IMG/VR virus record: IMGVR_UViG_3300034072_000758 | Coordinates: 452,806 to 516,805 of that record | Length of the DNA: 64,000 nt | Reading direction: 5' to 3' (one strand) | In this document: positions 55,911 to 64,000 of the stretch, one piece after another | Numbering within the stretch: the first letter of the stretch is position 1 | How the letters are laid out: the number at the start of each line of letters is the position of its first letter | The notes under the pieces: generated by a model | What the model was told of the DNA's origin: nothing | The model's database searches: none | What the model saw: the letters and a program-made list of their open reading frames with translations, nothing else | Made by a program: the position numbers and the translations under genes

Positions 55911-56309
55911 ATGCGTTACTTCGAAATATTAACCGAAAGCCAAGTAGACATCCGAGAAGGTTTATATCCTTGGGGCGGTGAAGGTATTCGATATGAAACT
56001 GATCATGGTCATATCGACATCAATACCAAAACACAATTTTCCCCTAGAAAACAGTCGGTGGTAGATTTCGTGGTCGATGAAGATCAACGTGGGAAGGGAA
56101 TCGGGAAAGCCCTTCTACAGCAAGCCATGCGAAATCATGACGATATTGGTGCGCAAGTATCCAGCTTCGCTTCGCTGAAAATATTTTATGACCTTGGATT
56201 TAGAAACCCGGCTAATCCCAAAGGTACATTACAAGAATACGAGCAAACCCGTAAAAAGGATAGCTCGATATTCTTAGCAATGCGTGATCGTGAAGGTAAT
56301 CGCTACTAA
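55911..56309 (+). CDS. GNAT acetyltransferase with MRYFEILTE leader
   Basis: VDEDQRGKGIGKALL (motif A), FYDLGF; TAAATA-N4-ATG. Confidence 0.85.
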   Translation: MRYFEILTESQVDIREGLYPWGGEGIRYETDHGHIDINTKTQFSPRKQSVVDFVVDEDQRGKGIGKALLQQAMRNHDDIGAQVSSFASLKIFYDLGFRNPANPKGTLQEYEQTRKKDSSIFLAMRDREGNRY

Positions 56310-56656
56310 AGCTTGAGACGTTCTACCAAGCGAGCATAAACGTCAAGACGGTCAGATAGATCGAATCGCCCTAGAGAATGATCAACAAAGCACTTGAAGA
56401 TACGATCTTTAATTTCCCCCAAAGTAAGCCCTTGGGTCAACCAATTCTCGATGTACTGAGCGGCCATGACATTGCGCTTACTTTCGGCCAAAATCTCGGA
56501 CTGATATTCACCAGTGTATTTTGGATTGGAAGATAATTGCTCGATCATCACACTACGGGCGTGATCGCCATACTCTTGCGTTTCTTTTATAAAAGATCGA
56601 ACTTCCGCCAGAGCAAGCGATTCAGGGCTAAGGTTCACTTTTAATATCTTCGACAT
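56306..56656 (-). CDS. Hypothetical protein, paralog of 14344-14673
   Basis: AGGAG RBS, TTGACA promoter. Confidence 0.75.
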   Translation of the reverse strand: MSKILKVNLSPESLALAEVRSFIKETQEYGDHARSVMIEQLSSNPKYTGEYQSEILAESKRNVMAAQYIENWLTQGLTLGEIKDRIFKCFVDHSLGRFDLSDRLDVYARLVERLKL

Positions 56657-56741
56657 AATTACAGTCTCCTATATTTCTATAAGAATACTATAGTCCAAAT
56701 ATTTTTTTTGTCAAGATAAGAGGGGGCGAACCCCCTCTTAC

Positions 56742-57023
56742 TTAAATGCTGGTCCAATGAATGCCGTTATCAACACTCATGCGAACAGACACATCGCGTC
56801 CTGTAACTTCCTTGGTAGCAGCCTTCATGAGTTTTGTGAACTCCGAAAACTGATCAGTTTCGAGTTTGACTGATTCCAGACCAGCCCCGAAATCAACGAC
56901 CAAAACAGCAAGATTATAACCGCTGTTAACTACAAGAGAAGGGCGAATTTTGTCCGTAGTATTCTTCGAGAGCCATTCTCTCAGGTTGTTCAAATGAACA
57001 CCATTAGTTCTGTTCTTTGACAT
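56742..57023 (-). CDS. Hypothetical protein
   Basis: ORF followed by terminator hairpin 56719-56740. Confidence 0.7.
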   Translation of the reverse strand: MSKNRTNGVHLNNLREWLSKNTTDKIRPSLVVNSGYNLAVLVVDFGAGLESVKLETDQFSEFTKLMKAATKEVTGRDVSVRMSVDNGIHWTSI

Positions 57024-57328
57024 ATTTTCCACATCAAAAATATATACCCTTATTCTATTTCGGAGACGGTTCAGTAAGGGCGTGTCCTACCGTCTTCCAT
57101 TCGGCCATCTTATCAAAATATTAACTATATTTTCAATTTAAAAATCATTTTTTACCACACTATAAGCAATTGATTATAAAAGACTTTTATATTTTCTTGA
57201 CGAAAAGGGTTGCCTTACTGCCTAAATACCTCTATTGTTCGCCAAATTTCGAGCAAGAAGACTGTTAATTTTGATCGCATTTTTTGATTAATTTTGACAG
57301 TAATTAGTAACACTTTTTTGGAGAAATA

Positions 57329-57835
57329 ATGCGTTATAACAACATCGCAGCCGTCTTAGTAGCCGCGTTATTAGCTACTACTTCGGCAAAAGCCGCAACA
57401 CTCGATACAACACTTACATCGATTAGCACAAACGAAGCAATTCAACTCTTAGACAAAGGAACACAAAACGATATTACATGTTTAGCATTGAACATGTATC
57501 ACGAAGCAAGAGGAAGCACTTATAACGATATTTTAGCTGTTGGTCTTTCAACGCGAAATCGCGTCAATAAGCAAAAGAAGACCTACTGCCAAATTATCTG
57601 GGAACGCGGACAATATGTCTGGACTAAGCGGGCTATATCGGGGATTATGCCACGCGAACGGAAAATCTGGGACCGCATTCTAGTAATCTCTCGTGAAGTT
57701 GTCGAAGGCAAGCACGAGGACATCACATACGGGGCTACAAGCTTTTATTCCGCTGCGCTAAAGACGCCGCCAGCTTGGGCCAGAAATCGGAAGGCCATCC
57801 GTATTGGCGCGCACTATTACGTCAAAACAATTTGA
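57329..57835 (+). CDS. Cell wall hydrolase (SleB/Hydrolase_2) with signal peptide
   Basis: CLALNMYHEARG, NRV, C..I....QY.W, DITYGAT.F, P.W, IGAH.Y. Confidence 0.9.
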   Translation: MRYNNIAAVLVAALLATTSAKAATLDTTLTSISTNEAIQLLDKGTQNDITCLALNMYHEARGSTYNDILAVGLSTRNRVNKQKKTYCQIIWERGQYVWTKRAISGIMPRERKIWDRILVISREVVEGKHEDITYGATSFYSAALKTPPAWARNRKAIRIGAHYYVKTI

Positions 57836-57890
57836 CTTTGTAAAGGGCGATGAATTAATATCCCGATGAATAACTCAAGGGAATTATACA

Positions 57891-58436
57891 TTGTCCGAGT
57901 ACAACCGCGTAAAATCCATTTTGGATCGACACAATAAAATAGCTTGGGATGCGGACGAAACCCTAATCAATGGGCCACATTCCGAGCTATTTTGTCGTTA
58001 CGTCACCGAGCACCCCGAAACAGAACATCACATCGTTACGTTCCGTCATGGTTCTTGGGCGCAAAAAGTTCTTCTTGAGATCGAGGCTTACGGCTTGAAC
58101 AAAGATCAGTTCGCCGGTCTCCACCATCTTCCCCATGATGGGTTCTATTGGTGTAATGACGCCGTGGAAAACAAATCCGATCAATTAGAATATTATTCCG
58201 AGCAATGGGGTTGGACGGTCGAACAAATCAAAGACAACTCCAATTACTTCGTTATCTTCAAGGGACTGAAAGCTGCCGAGATAGGCGCTACCATCCTGAT
58301 CGATGATAAGCCTCATTGGGTTCTCAAAGGATGCGATGAAAACAAGATCGCATTCCTCGACTCCATTACTCTGGAACACCGTTGTAGCATTTCCCGGTTA
58401 ATCAGCCGCCTTAAGACGGACGCTGAACTCCTGTGA
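57891..58436 (+). CDS. HAD-superfamily phosphatase-like protein
   Basis: IAWDADETL (DxD), IVT.R, K, ILIDD. Confidence 0.7.
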   Translation: MSEYNRVKSILDRHNKIAWDADETLINGPHSELFCRYVTEHPETEHHIVTFRHGSWAQKVLLEIEAYGLNKDQFAGLHHLPHDGFYWCNDAVENKSDQLEYYSEQWGWTVEQIKDNSNYFVIFKGLKAAEIGATILIDDKPHWVLKGCDENKIAFLDSITLEHRCSISRLISRLKTDAELL

Positions 58437-58855
58437 AACGGGCTGTCATGAAAGGGACCGGGTTGAATGGTGACGATGAAGATGATTACATCGAATACCC
58501 CAATACACCTAATCTATACGAGTACGAAGGCCGATATTTCTGTGAGTTCGGCATTCTACAGATAGCCAACTGCCCCGATCTATGCGCTACGGGTTACGAA
58601 TGGGCCGATCCTCCGGTTTATCAACCCGAAGTCTATGAATGGTTTCAAGCCCAAACCAACTTTCGATATATCCCTACGCCGCTCGTAGGACCACCGAGCT
58701 TCGAATTTCCATCGGAAGAAAAACGTACTGAGTTCCTAACTAAATTTTGCCGCCCTTTCAATTATCAAGAGAAAAAGGCAAAAAGAAGACGATGGGCCAA
58801 GTCTGAGAAAAGAAACTGGCGAATCATTAGAGATTGGCAAAGTAAAAGTAAGTAA
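58433..58855 (+). CDS. Hypothetical protein
   Basis: GTGA overlap; followed by terminator. Confidence 0.65.
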   Translation: MKRAVMKGTGLNGDDEDDYIEYPNTPNLYEYEGRYFCEFGILQIANCPDLCATGYEWADPPVYQPEVYEWFQAQTNFRYIPTPLVGPPSFEFPSEEKRTEFLTKFCRPFNYQEKKAKRRRWAKSEKRNWRIIRDWQSKSK

Positions 58856-58885
58856 AGGGCGGTTTCAATAACCGCCTTTTATTTT
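58854..58885 (+). terminator. Intrinsic terminator
   Basis: GGGCGGTT-TCAAT-AACCGCCT + TTTATTTT. Confidence 0.8.
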
Positions 58886-58969
58886 GAATCTTAATAGAAT
58901 CAATTGTATATAAAAAAGTTGAATCTTTTGAATCATTTAAATTGACTATGACTCTCGATTCTAAATACA

Positions 58970-59575
58970 CTACACTTAACGTCCTTGGCAGGACGGTTAA
59001 AATTGACCAGATGTGTATAGCTCTCAACCATCGGAGCAAATCGTGTACGGGGAACATGACCCGTGATATGAGACCGGTCAAGTCGAACGGAGATCAACCC
59101 AAAGGGGCTTGGTTCCACCGCGCTCAATTGAGCGGAATAGGATCATAAAAGATGATCGGCGCTGAGTAATTGCGTAACGATCAATCATAGACCCGGCGAG
59201 ACGAAATAGCAACGCCGACTATGATGCTGGCCCAATAGGGCCTAACCGATTTCTGCGAGACTGAATATTAGTTCAACAACACTACAAAAAGACACTGGCG
59301 AAAGCTATCCTCACTGGTTTTGAATTGTTGCTATGCCTTTGATGGCGACTATTTGGTAACGTATTCATGGATTGATAAGATGATACTCAAGTTTAGGGAA
59401 TCCGCTTGAGTCGGTATCTAGCCAATACTAAGTCTTATAATTGTTATACCGAGTGGTACTCTCAATCCCCCTGTAAGGTAGACGTTTGGTTCGCGGACTA
59501 TATTTGCTCTAGGATTTTTAAAATACTGGACTTATATTCTTCTGGTCAATGTGTCTATCTTACAGGGGGGATAAA
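58970..59575 (+). ncRNA. Large (~600 nt) highly structured non-coding element
   Basis: TAAATA at 58962; more than 10 helices; 17-bp 3' stem; no credible ORF in ~830 bp. Confidence 0.65.
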
Positions 59576-59686
59576 GACTATTCATGGTAATAGATTATAA
59601 TGATCTTATCTAGGATCACTTGACAATCTGAGAAAATGTGAGATTATAAATATACACATTGGAATAAAATATGGAGATAGAAAATT

Positions 59687-60700
59687 ATGGTTGACTATAG
59701 CAATAATGAGCGTGTTAAGCGTTATCTCCCCAGAGTCGAACATAATGTTGGCTTAGATCACTATGATACTAAAGCCGCTCAAAAGGATGATCTCGATTCG
59801 CTTTCTCGTATCTATGATGATACGGTACAGAAGGATTTGACTAACGGCCTTCTGAAAGATATGCGCGATCTGGAAGCCAATGGTAAGGATCGTGATTCTT
59901 CGGAATATCGTGCGATCAGCGATCTCTATTGGGACGTTCCGTCCTATATCCATGAAATTCGTGATCGCCATCTTCCACGATTCGCCAAGTATGCTGATCT
60001 CGACTTCACTAAGAAGCTGATCGATCTACGTAACGCTGTTAAAGCCAAGGAAGTCGTCAAGAAGAAGTCCAAGGATGAATTGGCACAAGATGTCAAGAAA
60101 AACGCTGCGGCTAAAGTCTACCCGGTCGGCACCAAGGAATATGCTTTTAAAATCATTTCGGAAGCTACTGCGCCTCTGAAAGAGGCTGCTGTCGAACGTA
60201 CCCGTGTCGTTGCTAACGAAGTTATCGACCGGATCAAGGCCACGCTGGAAGAAAATGACTTCGATCCTTTCAAGATCGTTCCTAAGATCAAATATAAGAA
60301 CGTATGGGATGCGAACTATGATATGGCTAAGAAAGCCGATGAAGACCGCGCTCGCTATCTTCGTTGCTTGAAGATCGCCAATCAAGGCAAGTGGGACTAT
60401 AGCACTGGTGAATACGAAGGTCGTACCTATGAGTGGAATGAAGCCGCCCGCGAAACCTACGTGGCTGCGTGTGTCAAGGCTACCGAAAATCACTATGACT
60501 CGTATGTTCATAAGATGATCACGAAATGCCCGAACGCTAAAACGGCAACGTTCACCAGTGTGTTCGATGTGTGGTCGTTCTCCACCCTCAAGATCGAAAC
60601 CACCGATGGTGTGGTTGAAAAATGGAATACCAAAATCATGATCAACCAGTCCAAGTTCGGGTTGCTGTTCAATCAGTGGCGCACCACGCTTCAAAAATAA
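59687..60700 (+). CDS. Hypothetical protein
   Basis: 337 aa, GGAG RBS, TTGACA promoter; C-terminal INQSKFGLLFNQW. Confidence 0.85.
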   Translation: MVDYSNNERVKRYLPRVEHNVGLDHYDTKAAQKDDLDSLSRIYDDTVQKDLTNGLLKDMRDLEANGKDRDSSEYRAISDLYWDVPSYIHEIRDRHLPRFAKYADLDFTKKLIDLRNAVKAKEVVKKKSKDELAQDVKKNAAAKVYPVGTKEYAFKIISEATAPLKEAAVERTRVVANEVIDRIKATLEENDFDPFKIVPKIKYKNVWDANYDMAKKADEDRARYLRCLKIANQGKWDYSTGEYEGRTYEWNEAARETYVAACVKATENHYDSYVHKMITKCPNAKTATFTSVFDVWSFSTLKIETTDGVVEKWNTKIMINQSKFGLLFNQWRTTLQK

Positions 60701-60708
60701 ATATACTC

Positions 60709-61587
60709 ATGCGTTATCATGAGATATTGAACGAAAAATCGTTATTGGATGTTGGGGTGCGGGGTAATAAATTTTACCTCGCCGCCCGTTCCCAATGGCT
60801 GAACTTGGATGACTTATTTACCAATCATACCATCGGTAGCATTCGTGGTATAAGTTCTTCCAGAAAAATTTGGAAAGAGTTCGGCCCCAACGCCGGACGA
60901 GACATTTTCTTTGTTATGAACGCCACTTCTGTATTGAAGGCGAATAACGTAAAGCGCGTCCAGTATGATAATGTCAATGAGCTTCTGAAAGACAAATCAA
61001 AACTACTGGCTCGCATATACGACACCAACAATTTTGAAACCAGCGGCGGTTCCAATATTGTTTACGGAATTGTTCGTGACATTTTTCGTTTCCATGATTT
61101 TACCGGTGATGATCCAAATACCCTCGGTAATAATGCGCTCTCCATATTGTCGAGAATGCAACAGAACGGGACCATGAATCTATCCTCCTTGGATGCCTAT
61201 CGAGACCTGCTATTTCAAGCCGCGTCGAAAGGTAGCTGGCATACCCGCGAGTCCAAAAAATTCTTCGCACCACAAAACAAAGCCAAGAGCTTTCCGGTCA
61301 TCCAGAAGGCCATTATCAACCAAGCCAGTCGATATGATATGGAAGCTGAATGGATGGTATCTGGTGATTTCATAGTTCCTACGGACACACACATCATCGT
61401 GGCCTTCGGGAAAGAAGTGATGGACCCTATCAATGATCGAGATAGCAACTGGTCTATAGAGCGAAAGAAAGAAACACAAGCTTTTTTGGAAAGGATGAAA
61501 TCTTCACCCTACAAGTATTCTATCGTTGATGGAAACAAGACGGCTAACATGCTCGTAAAGCTTGGAATTAAGGGTTTACCGGAATAA
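60709..61587 (+). CDS. Putative head-packaged protein (MRYHEILNE leader)
   Basis: Start re-assigned: TAAATA-N5-ATG. Confidence 0.75.
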   Translation: MRYHEILNEKSLLDVGVRGNKFYLAARSQWLNLDDLFTNHTIGSIRGISSSRKIWKEFGPNAGRDIFFVMNATSVLKANNVKRVQYDNVNELLKDKSKLLARIYDTNNFETSGGSNIVYGIVRDIFRFHDFTGDDPNTLGNNALSILSRMQQNGTMNLSSLDAYRDLLFQAASKGSWHTRESKKFFAPQNKAKSFPVIQKAIINQASRYDMEAEWMVSGDFIVPTDTHIIVAFGKEVMDPINDRDSNWSIERKKETQAFLERMKSSPYKYSIVDGNKTANMLVKLGIKGLPE

Positions 61588-61594
61588 ATATAGT

Positions 61595-62851
61595 ATGCGT
61601 TATTTTGAAGTATTAAATGAAGCTCCATTGGCTGACTTCGGTGTTCACGGCGATACATACAACGCCGGGTCTTATAGTGCGTCCGATGTTAAAGTATTCC
61701 ATAATCAAAAATGGCTTCACAAGCTGAACTCACATTTTTCAAGGACACCTTATAACTTCAATGTGTATTTGTATAACGCACCTAATGGTGATTTCTATCC
61801 CTATAAAACTACAACTGGTGAAAGAGACGTTGTAAATTCTATGAAATCGATCCGTAGTCTGTATGACGGTCGTGTCGATGGCCAACAACTTCACAATCTG
61901 GAAACAATGCTAAGTATCAAGCTTCCACCAGCTAACGGTTTCATTGGTTTCATGATGTTTGATAACGAGGGTGATGAAAAGGTCGGCCTCACCCCTTGGA
62001 TTTTGGTTCACCGTCTCGTACACGGTTTGATGGCTAGTGGTGGGCGTGATGCGTCCTCTTCGTTAGATTACGCCCGCATAGAAATGATAAATCAAGCCCT
62101 TAATTTTGCTCGATTTATTAATAGAAACTTTCGATCAACGGAAGTATATAAATTTAAAAGCGCAAAACATGATAAAATTTCAAAAGCGCGCGAGGGTGAG
62201 TTCGCTATTGAACTCATGACGCAATTTATTGTTCAGGGAAAAATCACTCTTAACTTACAAGAACCCGTATATCCGATTCACGGTAAGAAAGTATATCTCA
62301 AAGATTGGGGGCATCTTGACGATGAACTTGCTTGGGATGATTATACCGACAGCAAAATTTATGATCGTCTTTTAAAGATGTATCTGGCCATTTTACCCAA
62401 GATAGATATAGAAAATAGTGACCGTTATTACGTAGAGACAGTGCGCGATAAACTCAAGGCTAAGTTTATAGGTAATCAACCGCCCGCACCAAGAAGAAAT
62501 AATTCATATAATGTTTATACCATTGATGATGGTGAGTTGATCGCATCAACCGGAAATCCAGAGCGTTATAATGACAAAACAAAGTATCGTGTCGAAATGT
62601 ATTATGAAGCTACCCCGGCTAATATAAAAAAGGCTGAGGATAAGATCGCCGCGTGGGAAAAAAAGAAAGATGACATCGATAAAGAGTTTAACGATATTTT
62701 CTACGCTTTCAACGCTTCGTTCAAATCATATCATAAGCATCAGCAGAACTATGCTAAAGCGTTATCGGAATTAGAAGCGTTGAATAGCGCTTTCGATAGA
62801 TATTTGAAAAAATGCGTCGGACATTATTTTGTACTTTCGGGTAGATCATAA
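61595..62851 (+). CDS. Putative head-packaged protein (MRYFEVLNE leader)
   Basis: Start re-assigned: TAAATA-N4-ATG; TPWILVHRLVH...EFAIELMTQ zincin-like motif with E replaced by R. Confidence 0.75.
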   Translation: MRYFEVLNEAPLADFGVHGDTYNAGSYSASDVKVFHNQKWLHKLNSHFSRTPYNFNVYLYNAPNGDFYPYKTTTGERDVVNSMKSIRSLYDGRVDGQQLHNLETMLSIKLPPANGFIGFMMFDNEGDEKVGLTPWILVHRLVHGLMASGGRDASSSLDYARIEMINQALNFARFINRNFRSTEVYKFKSAKHDKISKAREGEFAIELMTQFIVQGKITLNLQEPVYPIHGKKVYLKDWGHLDDELAWDDYTDSKIYDRLLKMYLAILPKIDIENSDRYYVETVRDKLKAKFIGNQPPAPRRNNSYNVYTIDDGELIASTGNPERYNDKTKYRVEMYYEATPANIKKAEDKIAAWEKKKDDIDKEFNDIFYAFNASFKSYHKHQQNYAKALSELEALNSAFDRYLKKCVGHYFVLSGRS

Positions 62852-62912
62852 CTTGACATACTATCAATAAATGGTATTGTGGTTCCATATCGTTATACGA
62901 AAGGGACCACAT

Positions 62913-63260
62913 ATGACTGATTTCGCAACCATTTTCACCGAAGCCAAACTCGCCGCTAAGGAAGCGGCTGATGCCATGTGTGAAAAGATCGGTGGTGACC
63001 GATATTCCTGTGGTGTCGCGTGGGTTCAAATCCCAGACGGTCGGTCTCCATTCGTCAACTGGTTGAAAAAACAAATCAAGGAAGACCCGGCGAATGCTCG
63101 CATTTATGGCGACAAGCATTGGTCGAAGGGCTGGTCGATCTGGAATCCGAGTGAACATTCCGCTCAAAACATCGACATAAAGGAAGCGGGCGCACAAGCT
63201 TTCTCTGCGGTGCTCGAAAAGTACGGCATCACGAGCTACGCTGGCTCGCGTCTGGACTAA
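62913..63260 (+). CDS. Conserved phage hypothetical protein
   Basis: CGVAWV...Q..DIKEAGA.AF..VL...GI...SRLD. Confidence 0.8.
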   Translation: MTDFATIFTEAKLAAKEAADAMCEKIGGDRYSCGVAWVQIPDGRSPFVNWLKKQIKEDPANARIYGDKHWSKGWSIWNPSEHSAQNIDIKEAGAQAFSAVLEKYGITSYAGSRLD

Positions 63261-63272
63261 AGGATCATCACC

Positions 63273-63677
63273 ATGAAGACCTACCCGGTATATGCTGATC
63301 CCGATTTCCCGCATCGCCGCTGGGCGCTGGTGGAAGTTGAAACCACAATCGAGATCGAGGGCGAACCCGCCGACTCGCATCCGAAGCGATACGTGACTAT
63401 CCAACCCTTCAACCATCCGACGCTGTATCCCGTAAAGCGGATCGTCCCGGCTGATGTGTTCAAGGAACGTTATAAGTGCGAAGGCACTTGTACTGTCTGG
63501 GACGACGAAAAGGTTCAAAAAATCGTGGATGCCATCGTGGCTTGCGTGAAGGAAGAAACCTCGTATGAGCGTATTACCAGCCATAGCATTACGCAAGAAG
63601 GTTCGCGCGTTACTATGTCAATCACTGGAAATATTGATCTGGCGGCTATTGCCCGAAAAGTAAATTCCGCGATCTAA
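63273..63677 (+). CDS. Hypothetical protein
   Basis: AAGGA RBS. Confidence 0.75.
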   Translation: MKTYPVYADPDFPHRRWALVEVETTIEIEGEPADSHPKRYVTIQPFNHPTLYPVKRIVPADVFKERYKCEGTCTVWDDEKVQKIVDAIVACVKEETSYERITSHSITQEGSRVTMSITGNIDLAAIARKVNSAI

Positions 63678-63790
63678 TCTTAGACAAATACACTACCGAT
63701 CAAGGAAATAATCGATGGAAAATTCATCGAAGTTACCGATGAAGAATACCTTCGCTCTCTCACATTCTTTTTCAACAGGGGGATTTAACA

Positions 63791-64000
63791 ATGAAGACCT
63801 ATTTCATCTTCGCCGGTCTTTCTTATTACCCCGCTGGGGGCTGGAAAGACTTCAAGGGCCAAGTCAATTCACTCGATGAAGCCAAGGATAAGATCATCGA
63901 AGAACTCCGTGATCAGGACTGGTATCAGGTCGTGGAATATACGACCAAGGAAGACGGAACTTCGACCTCGGAAATTGTCTATAAGCGCGGTCGTTTATAA
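63791..64000 (+). CDS. Conserved phage hypothetical protein
   Basis: FAG..YYPAGGWKDF...DWYQVV. Confidence 0.75.
   Translation: MKTYFIFAGLSYYPAGGWKDFKGQVNSLDEAKDKIIEELRDQDWYQVVEYTTKEDGTSTSEIVYKRGRL

Noticed and set aside
57061-57112. tRNA-Ser-like 5' fragment (GATGGCCGAATGG) plus hairpin on the minus strand
   Set aside because: No T arm or acceptor partner; at most a leader hairpin.
58970-59575. Retron msr-msd, group I/II intron or CRISPR array
   Set aside because: No reverse transcriptase nearby, no interrupted gene, no intron core motifs recognised, no repeat-spacer periodicity.
1-64000. Stop-codon reassignment
   Set aside because: Conserved genes are full length in the standard code and end at TAA, TGA and TAG; no canonical suppressor tRNA found.

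Overview
A 64-kb slice of a lytic jumbo-phage genome with distant T4-like (Rak2/Atu_ph07-type) organisation. It carries neck, baseplate and tail-fibre genes, gp32-like SSB, UvsX/UvsY, a two-subunit type II topoisomerase and NrdA. Host-like genes include nadE, aspS, serS, clpX, an rpoH-like sigma factor, rpsU, RNase HI, AlkB, a K+ channel, flotillin and an M16 peptidase; several look alphaproteobacterial, suggesting such a host (inference). A minus-strand array holds 14 tRNAs, exclusively Leu/Arg/Lys/Trp, plus 2 oversized Leu-like tRNAs. Headline observation: the array is preceded by a complete ribosome-mediated transcription attenuator. A 21-codon leader peptide (MFALRLKLLRKWLRRPKGGTV, 26728-26793) has 12 consecutive codons that are only Leu/Arg/Lys/Trp, each readable by a tRNA in the array, and is followed by mutually exclusive antiterminator/terminator helices and a boxA-like site. 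This predicts that the phage senses shortage of functional tRNAs and switches on replacements. Other notable items: two tRNA-Lys with long variable arms, two large structured ncRNA candidates (23.1-23.6 kb, 58.97-59.57 kb), TAAATA-N4-6-ATG (probably leaderless) late genes, a shared MRYFEIL-x-E leader on putative head-packaged proteins, a repeat polyprotein with protease-like junctions, and a degenerate intein-like insert in NrdA. All calls come from reading the sequence by eye; no database searches or folding programs were run.
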